Assembly (NCBI RefSeq): GCF_000017845.1 | Contig: NC_010546.1 | Coordinates: forward strand, 4,680,001 to 4,712,000 | Length of the DNA: 32,000 nucleotides | DNA from: Crocosphaera subtropica ATCC 51142 | Lineage (GTDB): Bacteria > Cyanobacteriota > Cyanobacteriia > Cyanobacteriales > Microcystaceae | Reading direction: 5' to 3' | Shown: piece after piece, positions 10,321-19,018 of the stretch | Layout: the number at the start of each line of letters is the position of its first letter | Position numbering within the stretch: position 1 is the first letter of the stretch | Notes under the pieces: generated by a model | The model's database searches: none | Told to the model about the DNA's origin: nothing | The model's input: the letters and a program-made list of their open reading frames with translations, nothing else | Program-made: the position numbers and the translations under genes

Positions 10321-11169
10321 ATGCTTAGTTTCCACTGCGGAGTGAATATAGTGAATAGGTTGATTATGCCCCATCTGTTGATCCTTTTATGCAATTTAAG
10401 AAACCAACTCAAACAAAATCGTTTCTTTATTTATTTAACTTTTTTCATGGTGTTGGGACTTGGGGGTACGCAACATCCATCTCTGGCTGCACCCAATGAA
10501 AGTCTTGAAGATTTCTTTGAGCAAACCACCGTCTCTGGGACAATCGATTCATCAAACGCTATCAATGAGGTTTTTATTAATGTTCCCACTGTCGGTATGT
10601 TGGATATTAATTTTTCCTTAATGCTCGAAGAAGCAGGATTTGCTTCTAGGAATACTTTTGGGCTTTATGATACTGTCAGTAAGAACTACTTTCAAATTTT
10701 TGGGGGAGAAGCAACCCCAGGAAGTCGACTTTCTGCAACCGTCACATCACATAGTCAGCTTTTAATTGGCGATCTCACTTATGATTTAGAAGGCCCCCTT
10801 AGTTTTTACTTAAGTCGTAACCTTAAGCAGCAGTCCCAGACTTTCTTTAGCAATGATATTCGCAATGGAGTTCCTCAAGCTTTAATGTATCAAGGACAAG
10901 GAGAAGGACTACTCTTTAATGATATTGATACTTTCTTTACAGAAGATGACTATATCATAGGGTTTGAGGATAAGGATGCCCGACAGAGTGACAAAGACTA
11001 CAATGATATGGTTATTCTGGCTCAAACTGTTTTAAGAATACCAGAACCGGCCGAACCAGAGGACTTTGCTCCCAATAATAATGTGACAATTCCCGAACCC
11101 TCTCTCTTATCAGGTTTAGGAATGATGGCCATGTTAGCCCTAATTAGAAAACGAGCTTCACAGAGCTAA
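10321..11169 (+). CDS. Secreted DUF4114-like protein with a C-terminal PEP-CTERM sorting signal
   Basis: The C-terminus IPEPSLLSGLGMMAMLALIRKRASQS is a PEP motif, a hydrophobic helix and a basic tail. FEDKDARQSDKDYNDMVIL resembles the DUF4114 signature (from memory). The signal-peptide-like stretch FFIYLTFFMVLGLGGTQHPSLAAP suggests the true start may be an internal Met (10366 or 10447). Confidence 0.75.
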   Translation: MLSFHCGVNIVNRLIMPHLLILLCNLRNQLKQNRFFIYLTFFMVLGLGGTQHPSLAAPNESLEDFFEQTTVSGTIDSSNAINEVFINVPTVGMLDINFSLMLEEAGFASRNTFGLYDTVSKNYFQIFGGEATPGSRLSATVTSHSQLLIGDLTYDLEGPLSFYLSRNLKQQSQTFFSNDIRNGVPQALMYQGQGEGLLFNDIDTFFTEDDYIIGFEDKDARQSDKDYNDMVILAQTVLRIPEPAEPEDFAPNNNVTIPEPSLLSGLGMMAMLALIRKRASQS

Positions 11170-11186
11170 ATTTTCTTCTCTTTATA

Positions 11187-11225
11187 AAAGGGTGAAGGCC
11201 AACTCAGGTTGACCTGATCACCTTT
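11187..11225. terminator. Imperfect long hairpin between convergent genes
   Basis: AAAGGGTGAAGGCCAAC-tca-GGTTGACCTGATCACCTTT. Arms pair as AAAGG/CCTTT, TGA/TCA, AGG/CCT and CAAC/GTTG, with bulges. Confidence 0.35.
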
Positions 11226-11229
11226 CCTT

Positions 11230-11433
11230 CTAAACTGTAGATAATCCTAACATTGCCCGTAACGTAAAATAAAGCAGAGAAAAGACTCCTAAGCCAATCC
11301 CTCCAACGGCGATCGCACTAACAGGATTTTTAAATAGGGGTTTAATCCAGTCAAAAAACACTAAAAACACCCCCAATGTAAAGCTAATCAGATAACGGGG
11401 ATAACGTGATACATTTTCAAAAAATTCTCCCAT
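11230..11433 (-). CDS. Small two-helix membrane protein, DUF751/Ycf33-like (family recalled from memory)
   Basis: 67 aa: MGEFFENVSRYPRYLISFTLGVFLVFFDW...AIAVGGIGLGVFSLLYF. It has two hydrophobic helices and contains a HIP1 site, consistent with a native core gene. Confidence 0.55.
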   Translation of the reverse strand: MGEFFENVSRYPRYLISFTLGVFLVFFDWIKPLFKNPVSAIAVGGIGLGVFSLLYFTLRAMLGLSTV

Positions 11434-11710
11434 GGCTCAACCTCTGTGATTTACAATCATTTCTTATAATATCAATACCTTTGATAACTGGAGTTTACGA
11501 ATGTGTGGCATTTTCCATGAGGACTCTTGATCCTAATAGAAGTTATTCAACAATTATTTACCCATTTTGCTAAGTTTGTGATATTTTGTTAAAGAAGACA
11601 AGGTGAGTCTTGTGTCTCAACCCTAATATAGTTTAGTAAAATGACCAATTTAAAATAAACAGACCTATATTTTTGAATCCGACAATTATTAATAAGGAGA
11701 TTAGTATTAT

Positions 11711-12904
11711 ATGGCTGATGAAGTCCTAGTTAAAGTTGACCATGTGTCCAAAAAATTTTGTCGTGATCTCAAACAGTCTCTCTGGTATGGTGTACAGGAT
11801 ATCATGTCAGAAGTAACGGCTCGAAAGTATGAACATGAACTCAGAAAGGGCGAGTTTTGGTCTGTGAATGATATATCTTTTGAGTTACGCCGAGGAGAAT
11901 GTTTAGGACTAATTGGCCCGAATGGAGCCGGCAAAAGTACCCTTTTAAAAATTCTCAATGGGCTAATAAAACCCGATAAAGGCAGAATCGAACTTCGAGG
12001 AAGAATCGGGGCATTAATTGAATTAAGTGCTGGTTTTAATGGAATTCTAACAGGTAGAGAAAATATTTATAGTCGAGGAGCAGTTTTAGGATTTACTAAA
12101 GAAGAAATTGATAAAAAACTGGATGCTATTATTGATTTTTCTGAGTTAGAAGAGTTTATTGATACCCCAGTCGTTAACTATAGTTCCGGAATGAAAGTCC
12201 GTCTAGGGTTTGCCGTTGCTGCTCAAATGGAACCCGATGTTCTTCTCTTAGATGAAGTTTTAGCAGTAGGAGATGTGGGTTTTAGAGCTAAGTGTTTTAA
12301 TAGTATCTATAAGATGATGAAAAATGCTGCGGTTATTTTGGTTTCTCATAGTATGCCCCAAATTAACCGTGTTTGTTCTGACATTTTAGTTATGAATCAT
12401 GGACAGCCCGTCTTTCAAGGAAAAGATGTTCCTAAAGGAATTGATAAATTTTATTCTTATTTTCAGGGAGAAGAAGGAGGAATTATTCTAGGAAATGGTC
12501 AAGCGACAATTCATCATATTTCTTTAAATGGCAACGATAGTAATGATATTGTTGATATTGCTTATGCAGAAAAATTATGGCTTGATTTCCGAATAACAGT
12601 TAATTCAGCAATTTCAAAATTTGATATAATTATTGGATTTCTAAATCAAGAACTGCAGATTATTGCACAATCTTGTTCAAACTATCAAGAAGTAACTTTT
12701 GTGAATAAAAATAAAGCGATGGATATTAAGTTTGAACTTGATAATATTATTTTAAACCCAGGTACTTATTCGTTATTTATTAATATTTTAACTGAAAATA
12801 ATGGAGAAGTTTTATGCAAGCATTATAATATTAGAAAGTTTAATATCGTAGGGCATTTTTATGGTTACGCTCCAGTTCAATTTCAAGGAAATTGGACGTT
12901 TTAG
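11711..12904 (+). CDS. wzt: Polysaccharide-export ABC transporter ATP-binding protein (Wzt/TagH/KpsT type) with a C-terminal extension (Wzt_C-like binding domain)
   Basis: Walker A GPNGAGKST, LTGRENIY, signature YSSGMKVRLGFAVAA and Walker B LLLDEVLAVGD. A non-ATPase C-terminal domain of about 150 aa, rich in beta-strand-like segments, follows. AGGAG lies upstream of the ATG. Confidence 0.88.
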   Translation: MADEVLVKVDHVSKKFCRDLKQSLWYGVQDIMSEVTARKYEHELRKGEFWSVNDISFELRRGECLGLIGPNGAGKSTLLKILNGLIKPDKGRIELRGRIGALIELSAGFNGILTGRENIYSRGAVLGFTKEEIDKKLDAIIDFSELEEFIDTPVVNYSSGMKVRLGFAVAAQMEPDVLLLDEVLAVGDVGFRAKCFNSIYKMMKNAAVILVSHSMPQINRVCSDILVMNHGQPVFQGKDVPKGIDKFYSYFQGEEGGIILGNGQATIHHISLNGNDSNDIVDIAYAEKLWLDFRITVNSAISKFDIIIGFLNQELQIIAQSCSNYQEVTFVNKNKAMDIKFELDNIILNPGTYSLFINILTENNGEVLCKHYNIRKFNIVGHFYGYAPVQFQGNWTF

Positions 12905-13011
12905 ATTTAGACGGTAGTTCTCTACATCAAGAGACTATTACCTTACTCAATATTAAGACTGAAGTGAAATCAATTCTGCTATTGATCCGAAATAAACTAT
13001 TGAGATTAACT

Positions 13012-13785
13012 ATGGCCACCATCTGTCGTGATTACAAACTGCTTTTTATAATGGTTCCTGGAACAGGATGCTCTTCGGTAGGTCAAGTTTTAATAGAAAA
13101 GTTTGGAGGAGAGTTTATTCCTAAAGAACATTTGTATAAAAATAACAAAAAAATTCTTGGTAGAAAACATAACAAACTCAGAGATTTAGTTCAATTTAAT
13201 TTGATAAGTAGGTTTGAAATAGCCATATATCTTAAGTTTGGAACAGTGCGAAATCCTTTTGATTCCTTTGCTACTCAATACGCAAGAAACATCTCGGATA
13301 AATGGATAGAAAAAGAGATGAGTTGGAAAAGTGAAGATATTCTGTTCAACTCTAAGGAACAAAAGCAGTTGTTTGTTGAAAAGCTGAGAGCTAAACTTCA
13401 AGAAAGAAAAGAAAAGTTACTAAATATAGGCTTTGAAACCTGGCTAGAACAAAGAATTTATGCCTATCTTAAAAAAGACACTCTATCTTCTCCCTTATTA
13501 AAACCACTCAAGTCTTTTATTTATTCTGAAAATTATGTTCCTAGTATTTATTCTCCTTTGCTTCGTGGGGTTGATAAAGTGATGAGATTTGAGCATTTAG
13601 AAGAAGACTTTAATAAGATTTTAAAAGAAGGGGGAATTATTCAGCATAATGAATGGGTTATAATTCCTCATACCAATCCTACTAAAGATAAAAAACCATA
13701 CCAAGAATATTACACAAAAAAAGCAAGAAAGTTAGTAGAAAAGAATTTTGCGAGAGAATTAGCAGTATTTGATTATAAGTTTTGA
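13012..13785 (+). CDS. Sulfotransferase (Sulfotransfer_2 / carbohydrate sulfotransferase-like)
   Basis: LLFIMVPGTGCSSVGQVL is a 5'-PSB-like loop at the N-terminus, and VRNPFDSFATQY is a 3'-PB-like motif. I chose ATG 13012. The ORF track start at 12892 overlaps wzt and adds 40 residues with no recognisable motif. Confidence 0.7.
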   Translation: MATICRDYKLLFIMVPGTGCSSVGQVLIEKFGGEFIPKEHLYKNNKKILGRKHNKLRDLVQFNLISRFEIAIYLKFGTVRNPFDSFATQYARNISDKWIEKEMSWKSEDILFNSKEQKQLFVEKLRAKLQERKEKLLNIGFETWLEQRIYAYLKKDTLSSPLLKPLKSFIYSENYVPSIYSPLLRGVDKVMRFEHLEEDFNKILKEGGIIQHNEWVIIPHTNPTKDKKPYQEYYTKKARKLVEKNFARELAVFDYKF

Positions 13786-13850
13786 ACTCTGAAACCTATA
13801 GACTTAAAATTTATATCAATAAAATCAAATGTTAGGGAGCAAAGATACTA

Positions 13851-15794
13851 ATGAAATTTTTAAACAAAAGGTTTGTATCGACTAAACTTATATTAATCGT
13901 TTGTATTATTGTCCTAACTGTTTCAACTATTATTTCTCTGACTCCAGATATCAAAACTAATGGGAAATTTACAAGTCAGTCTTTTCCTACAGCAAACTAT
14001 AATTTATTTGATATTGGCGTTGTTGAGATTAATAACGATGGTGTACTTGATATATTTACAAGCGCTCATAACAGTCCACAAAGTTTACTAATTAGTGATA
14101 GCTCAGGTAGTTATACAAATGAGTTAACTAAAAGGGGACTGGATCAGGATAAGGAATTTCCTGGACTAGAAGAGTCAAATAAAGAACCGACTATCGATCA
14201 ACAGGGAGTTTACATTTATCGTCAAGCACATGAGGGAATGAATACACTTAATATCCGCTCTTCTGAAGTTTCTATTAGTGGAGAAATTAAACTTTATTCA
14301 ACAATAACAATTAAGAAGTCAGATTTAGCTAAAGTTAAAATTGAAGAAAAGAAATTTTCTTCTGGGGCAATTCAAACAATGGTTCAATTCACCTTAGACA
14401 AAAATGGTTTTTTGTCATTTGAGAGTTATCATACCAGTTTATCTCACTCATTTATATTAGATAAAAAATTTCCTTTATCACAAATATTTGTTGGTTCTAA
14501 TCCCGTATCTCCTAATTCCCATGACTTTATTTTGAACTGGAGAGATCGTCATGGCATGGCTTGGGCTGATTATAACGGAGATCAACAAATTGATGTGTTT
14601 ATTGCCCGTGGTGGTTTACAAGGTAAGATGCAAGAACTTTTAGATTTAGAAGTATTCAGAGATGAATTATTAGTTCGTACAGGGTCTAAATTTGAAGATA
14701 AAATAGAAAATTCTAATATACTGAAAAAAGGTTGTGCTGCTTACCATGCTGCATGGATTGACTTTAATAATGATGACCAACTTGATCTTTATATTACTTG
14801 TCCTCGTGGTTTACCAAATCAACTTTACCAGCAAGATACAAATGGTGATTTTATAGATGTTGCTCCTCAACTGGGTTTGGATATAAAAGAAAATAGTTTC
14901 CATACTCCCTTTGTTTGGCTAGATGCCGACAATGATGGAGATATGGATCTATTAATTGAGCAGAATAAAAGTTTATGGCTCTATAGAAATAGTAGTGATG
15001 AATTTCAACCTCAAATGATTACTTCTAACATACCCAGCGTAAGAAAATTTGCCATTGCTGATTATGATTTAGATGGGGATACTGATGTTTTTGCTTTATC
15101 AAAAGTAAAAAATTCTTTATTGGTGAATGATAAAGGCAAATATGTTGCTCATAATCCAAAAAAATTAGGTTTACCTATGCTGGGACATACAGCTAATTGG
15201 GTTGACTATGATAATGATGGCCTTCCAGACTTACATATTATTCCAGACGGATTATACCATCAAGATTCTGATCATACTTTTACAAAAACAGGTTTATTAG
15301 AGTATCGATATCCTTCATCTCTTGCTGATGCTCGCAGTGCTTGGTTTGATATTAACAATGATGGTTATAGAGATGTATTGATAGCAGTACAATATCATCA
15401 ACCTTTTTGGAAAAGAACCTTTCAAAGTATATGGCAAAGTAATATCCCAGAATGGAAACTTGAAAATAAGGAATGGAACGTGACCAAGTATGAAACTGCT
15501 CAGACAAAAAATCATTGGCTGCAAATTGATTTAGTAGGAAAGCCAGGAAATACTCAAGCTATAGGGGGAAAAGTAGTGATTGTAACCTCAGATGGTCAAC
15601 AAATGCAGTCAGTGGGTAGTGCTGAAGGTTCCCATTATTCTCAAGGTCATTATCGTCTTTACTTCGGATTAGGAAAACAGAAAAAAATTGATTCTTTGCA
15701 AGTGATTTGGCCGAATGGACAAATGCAGGAAATAAAAAACGTTTCAGCTGATCAAAGATTAACCATTAAACAAGAAAATAACGGAAAAATTTGA
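13851..15794 (+). CDS. Membrane-anchored FG-GAP/VCBS repeat beta-propeller protein with a C-terminal ASPIC/UnbV domain (CRTAC1 family-like)
   Basis: N-terminal TM helix LILIVCIIVLTVSTIISL. Seven Ca-binding-type repeats: INNDGVLDIF, DYNGDQQIDVF, DFNNDDQLDLY, DADNDGDMDLL, DYDLDGDTDVF, DYDNDGLPDLH and DINNDGYRDVL. The C-terminus HWLQIDLVGKPGNTQAIGGKVVI...GSHYSQGHYRLYFGLG...LQVIWPNGQ is typical of ASPIC/UnbV. GGAG RBS present. Confidence 0.85.
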   Translation: MKFLNKRFVSTKLILIVCIIVLTVSTIISLTPDIKTNGKFTSQSFPTANYNLFDIGVVEINNDGVLDIFTSAHNSPQSLLISDSSGSYTNELTKRGLDQDKEFPGLEESNKEPTIDQQGVYIYRQAHEGMNTLNIRSSEVSISGEIKLYSTITIKKSDLAKVKIEEKKFSSGAIQTMVQFTLDKNGFLSFESYHTSLSHSFILDKKFPLSQIFVGSNPVSPNSHDFILNWRDRHGMAWADYNGDQQIDVFIARGGLQGKMQELLDLEVFRDELLVRTGSKFEDKIENSNILKKGCAAYHAAWIDFNNDDQLDLYITCPRGLPNQLYQQDTNGDFIDVAPQLGLDIKENSFHTPFVWLDADNDGDMDLLIEQNKSLWLYRNSSDEFQPQMITSNIPSVRKFAIADYDLDGDTDVFALSKVKNSLLVNDKGKYVAHNPKKLGLPMLGHTANWVDYDNDGLPDLHIIPDGLYHQDSDHTFTKTGLLEYRYPSSLADARSAWFDINNDGYRDVLIAVQYHQPFWKRTFQSIWQSNIPEWKLENKEWNVTKYETAQTKNHWLQIDLVGKPGNTQAIGGKVVIVTSDGQQMQSVGSAEGSHYSQGHYRLYFGLGKQKKIDSLQVIWPNGQMQEIKNVSADQRLTIKQENNGKI

Positions 15795-15914
15795 GATAAG
15801 TGGTTGGATGAATATTTAATTTGTTAATCAATTACTATGAATAAAAATACTATGATATAATTAACAGGCTATCTTAATAAAGATTTTTGATATTTTTGAT
15901 ATAAAGAATAATTT

Positions 15915-16862
15915 ATGCTAACAAATGAGCCTAATTTAAAAATAAAAGAACCCGCTCAACCCATCTATTTATCAAATCTTCCTTATTGGATTTATAAAAC
16001 AATTATATGGGATCAAAAAAAATACCAGACAAAAAAGCGTAATTGGTCACCTAAACGCTTGTTTGGTTTAATCTCTCCTAATCTCAAAGAACCCATTTTT
16101 ATTGTGGGTTCTGGTCGTTCGGGGACAACCTTTTTAGGGTCTTGCATTGGAGAAATTCCAGAAATTTCTTATCATTTTGAACCCGATATCATCAAAGCAA
16201 CCGCTAGATATGTTTACACAGGAGAATGGAGCCAAAAAAAAGCACAATGGTATTATCGCAATATCTATAGTTTATTAATGCGAATTCATGGGGATGGTGA
16301 TTTACGTCTCGCTGATAAAACCCCCCGTAATAGCTTCATTATTCCTTTTCTCTACGAAACCTTTCCTGACGCTAAATTTGTTCATATTATTCGAGATGGT
16401 CGAGATGTCGCCCTTTCTCTCTCAAAACAACCCTGGTATCGAGGAGATCAAGTTAATTCAGGAATTATAGAACGGGGAGGATATCCTTACGGTCCTTATG
16501 CTCGTTTTTGGGTAGAACCAGACAGAGTAAACGAATTTGAAACCACTAGCGATATTCATCGTTGTATTTGGTTATGGCGAAGATATCTAGAAACTATTTT
16601 AGAGGCTAAGGCTCAATTACCAGAGAATCAATATTACGAATTACGGTATGAAACCTTAGTCACTCATCCCAAAGAAGAAGCCAAACGTCTGCTAGATTTT
16701 TTAGAGATCACCTCAACTCTATCTCGTCGTCTCTTTCATCAGGCGACTGCCAAAGCAAAACCTGATTCTGTGGGACTAGGGAAAAAACAACTTTCAAAGG
16801 CTCAACTTCAAGAAATTGAGCAAGAAGCAGGGAATATGCTTGACCGCTTAGGGTATGATTAA
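15915..16862 (+). CDS. Sulfotransferase (Sulfotransfer_1/3-type PAPS-binding motifs)
   Basis: IFIVGSGRSGTTFLGS is the 5'-PSB P-loop-like motif and VHIIRDGRDVALSLS is the 3'-PB motif. Length is 315 aa. Confidence 0.85.
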   Translation: MLTNEPNLKIKEPAQPIYLSNLPYWIYKTIIWDQKKYQTKKRNWSPKRLFGLISPNLKEPIFIVGSGRSGTTFLGSCIGEIPEISYHFEPDIIKATARYVYTGEWSQKKAQWYYRNIYSLLMRIHGDGDLRLADKTPRNSFIIPFLYETFPDAKFVHIIRDGRDVALSLSKQPWYRGDQVNSGIIERGGYPYGPYARFWVEPDRVNEFETTSDIHRCIWLWRRYLETILEAKAQLPENQYYELRYETLVTHPKEEAKRLLDFLEITSTLSRRLFHQATAKAKPDSVGLGKKQLSKAQLQEIEQEAGNMLDRLGYD

Positions 16863-16938
16863 GTAAAGTTTGTAAATATTGGTTTAATTGACTTTACACC
16901 TTTAGTTTATTAATCGTCTCCTCTCCTAAGAAACATTT

Positions 16939-17784
16939 ATGTCTGAAATATATCAAGAAAGAGATTGGGAAGTTATCGATTACCAAATCTATCATTTTCA
17001 AGAAGCCGACGTATTTTTTCGCGGGCCGCAACCTGAATTTCTTAAGCCCTACAATTATGCAATTTGTATAGGAGCCGCACAAACCTTTGGTTGTTATTGT
17101 GAAAAGCCCTTTCCTTATTTACTCCAAGAAAAATTAAACATTCCAATTTTAAACTGGGGAAGAGGTGGAGCTGGCCCTTATTTCTTCCTAAAAAGAGCAA
17201 AACTTCTCGATTATATTAATGAAGCAAAATTTGTCATCATACAAGTTATGTCAGGTCGCTCTCAAGGCAATTCCTTGTATCAAAGTGAAGGCATAGGAAG
17301 CTATACCAGAGCTTCGGATGGAATCAGAATTTCTTGTAAAAAAGCTTATCAAGAACTTTTAGAAAGGTATGATGAAACTTATGTCAAAAAAATTGTTGCT
17401 GAAACTCGTGTAAATTGGGTCAAAACTTACCAAGAATTTTTGAGTAAAATCACTATTCCTAAAATTCTATTTTGGTTTTCTTCTCGTTATTCTAATTATG
17501 AAGAAAGATATAAAAACACATCTAGTTTGTTTGGTAAATATCCTCAATTGATCAATCAAAAAATGGTTGAGCAGATCAAGCAATTTAGTGACGATTATAT
17601 AGAATGTATCTATCCTACAAATTCACCTAAATTACTAATTAATCGATTTACAGGAAAGCCAGCTAATATAGAAGATGAAAAAGGCAAAAAAACAATAACT
17701 CATGATTACTATTATCCAACACCAGAGTCCCATATAATGGCAGCCAATGTTCTAGAAAAAGTTTGTTGGAAATATTTGAATTAA
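16939..17784 (+). CDS. Conserved hypothetical protein of unknown function (possibly DUF6473-like; recalled, not verified)
   Basis: A 281-aa ORF in operon context with coding-like composition. The N-terminal pattern FRGP..(x)..YAICIGAAQTFGCYCEKPFPYLL...NWGRGGAGPYFF...IIQVMSGRSQGNSLY has no catalytic motif I can name. Confidence 0.55.
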   Translation: MSEIYQERDWEVIDYQIYHFQEADVFFRGPQPEFLKPYNYAICIGAAQTFGCYCEKPFPYLLQEKLNIPILNWGRGGAGPYFFLKRAKLLDYINEAKFVIIQVMSGRSQGNSLYQSEGIGSYTRASDGIRISCKKAYQELLERYDETYVKKIVAETRVNWVKTYQEFLSKITIPKILFWFSSRYSNYEERYKNTSSLFGKYPQLINQKMVEQIKQFSDDYIECIYPTNSPKLLINRFTGKPANIEDEKGKKTITHDYYYPTPESHIMAANVLEKVCWKYLN

Positions 17785-17826
17785 AATTATTTATTAAATT
17801 TTTAACTTTATCACTCACTTTTTATT

Positions 17827-18975
17827 ATGAACAATTATCAATCCAGATCTAATTATCATCATCCCTTGTGGTTAAGACTTAGTCCTAATCAAATGCTGAA
17901 AATTGCTAAATCAATTTTATCAAAAACCTTACCGTCCCATCTTAAAAAGAAATATTATCAGTGGCAAGCAAAAAATAAGCCTAAACCCCCTTTAGTTAAA
18001 GAAAGATTATTAGAAAACTATACCTATGATTTTGAGCGATTTTATAAATTTTCAACAGCTAAAAAAGGGTCTAATTTATCCTCAAATTTATTCCCAAAAT
18101 ACTCCCATTTGACTCAAACTAATCTAAAAGCTCTCATTACTAAAGATTATCACCGTATTGAAAAGGGTTTAGCCCTTAAAGAACCCAGAATAGGATTTGG
18201 GAAAAATACAGTCAACAATCTTATGGCGGCCATAGAACAATATCAAACCCTTTATGGATCTGATGAATTAGTTCAAATTTCAATTAATACGCTTTTAGCT
18301 TATTATCAATTTAATTATCAGCAAGGTCACGATAATAAACAACTATATGAACAAATCAACTCTGTAAAAGATAAGATAATCGAGGATCAAAAAATATCAG
18401 AAGGTGGAACTAAAACAATTACTAAAAAAGACATTTGGAAAAATGCTAAACAGGATCTAAAAAACTTTTTTGCCACTAGACACAGTATTAGACATTTTTC
18501 TAATGAAGAAGTTGACTTAAGTTTAATTAAACAAGCTGTAGAAATGGCGCAAAAAACTCCCTCTGTCTGTAACCGTCAAACCAGTCAAGTTTATGTATTT
18601 AGTGAGTTTCAGGATAAACAGAAAGTTCTCAGTTTTCAAAATGGCAATCGAGGATTTGGGGAACAAGCTAGCAAAGTTTTAATTGTTACTTCCAATCTAC
18701 AAAATTTTACCTCCGTGGGAGAAAGAAACCAATGTTGGATTGATGGGGGAATGTATGCCATGTCCCTCGTTTATGCCCTACATTCCCTGGGTTTAGGAAC
18801 CTGTTGCTTAAACTGGAGCGTTGAACATACCGTCGATCAACAACTTCGAGAAGCTGTAGGAATTAATGATTCACAAGCTGTCATCATGATGATTGCTGTG
18901 GGACATCTTCCTGATGAATTAAAGGTTGCTCAGTCTCCTCGAAAAAAAATTGAAGAAGTTTTAATTATCAAATAA
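17827..18975 (+). CDS. Nitroreductase-family flavoprotein with an N-terminal extension of about 200 aa
   Basis: The C-terminal 180 aa read RHSIRHFSNEEVDLSLIKQAVEMAQKTPSVCNRQ...GGMYAMSLVYALHSLGLGTC...IAVGH, the nitroreductase fold pattern. I do not recognise the N-terminal half. Confidence 0.78.
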   Translation: MNNYQSRSNYHHPLWLRLSPNQMLKIAKSILSKTLPSHLKKKYYQWQAKNKPKPPLVKERLLENYTYDFERFYKFSTAKKGSNLSSNLFPKYSHLTQTNLKALITKDYHRIEKGLALKEPRIGFGKNTVNNLMAAIEQYQTLYGSDELVQISINTLLAYYQFNYQQGHDNKQLYEQINSVKDKIIEDQKISEGGTKTITKKDIWKNAKQDLKNFFATRHSIRHFSNEEVDLSLIKQAVEMAQKTPSVCNRQTSQVYVFSEFQDKQKVLSFQNGNRGFGEQASKVLIVTSNLQNFTSVGERNQCWIDGGMYAMSLVYALHSLGLGTCCLNWSVEHTVDQQLREAVGINDSQAVIMMIAVGHLPDELKVAQSPRKKIEEVLIIK

Positions 18976-19018
18976 TACTGTAAGATATTTGTAACTTAAA
19001 TATAGGAGGCATAGAGAT

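Noticed and set aside
10305-10328. Mini-ORF MIFRKNA* with a strong GGAGG RBS, overlapping the first ATG of the PEP-CTERM ORF; possible leader peptide
   Set aside because: At seven codons it is too short to evaluate. The GGAGG may simply serve a downstream start. There is no attenuator structure nearby.
11434-11710. Imperfect hairpin AGACAAGgtgagtCTTGTGTCT upstream of wzt as a riboswitch or ncRNA
   Set aside because: The stem is short and imperfect, and I can identify no conserved riboswitch motif. The evidence is insufficient.
11707-11958. 83-aa minus-strand ORF overlapping the 5' end of wzt
   Set aside because: It is antisense to the Walker A region of a clear ABC ATPase, so it is a shadow ORF.
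12892-13011. The 40-codon N-terminal extension of the first sulfotransferase given in the ORF track
   Set aside because: It overlaps the wzt stop, begins at a non-ATG codon, and precedes the expected N-terminal PAPS-binding loop by an unusual distance. ATG 13012 is more plausible.
13186-13401. Antisense ORFs within cluster genes (13186-13401, 15315-15524, 16288-16470, 16894-17082, 23199-23387) and within the recombinase genes (27821-28003, 28000-28197)
   Set aside because: All are short, overlap stronger CDSs and are AT-codon-rich, as expected by chance in AT-rich DNA.
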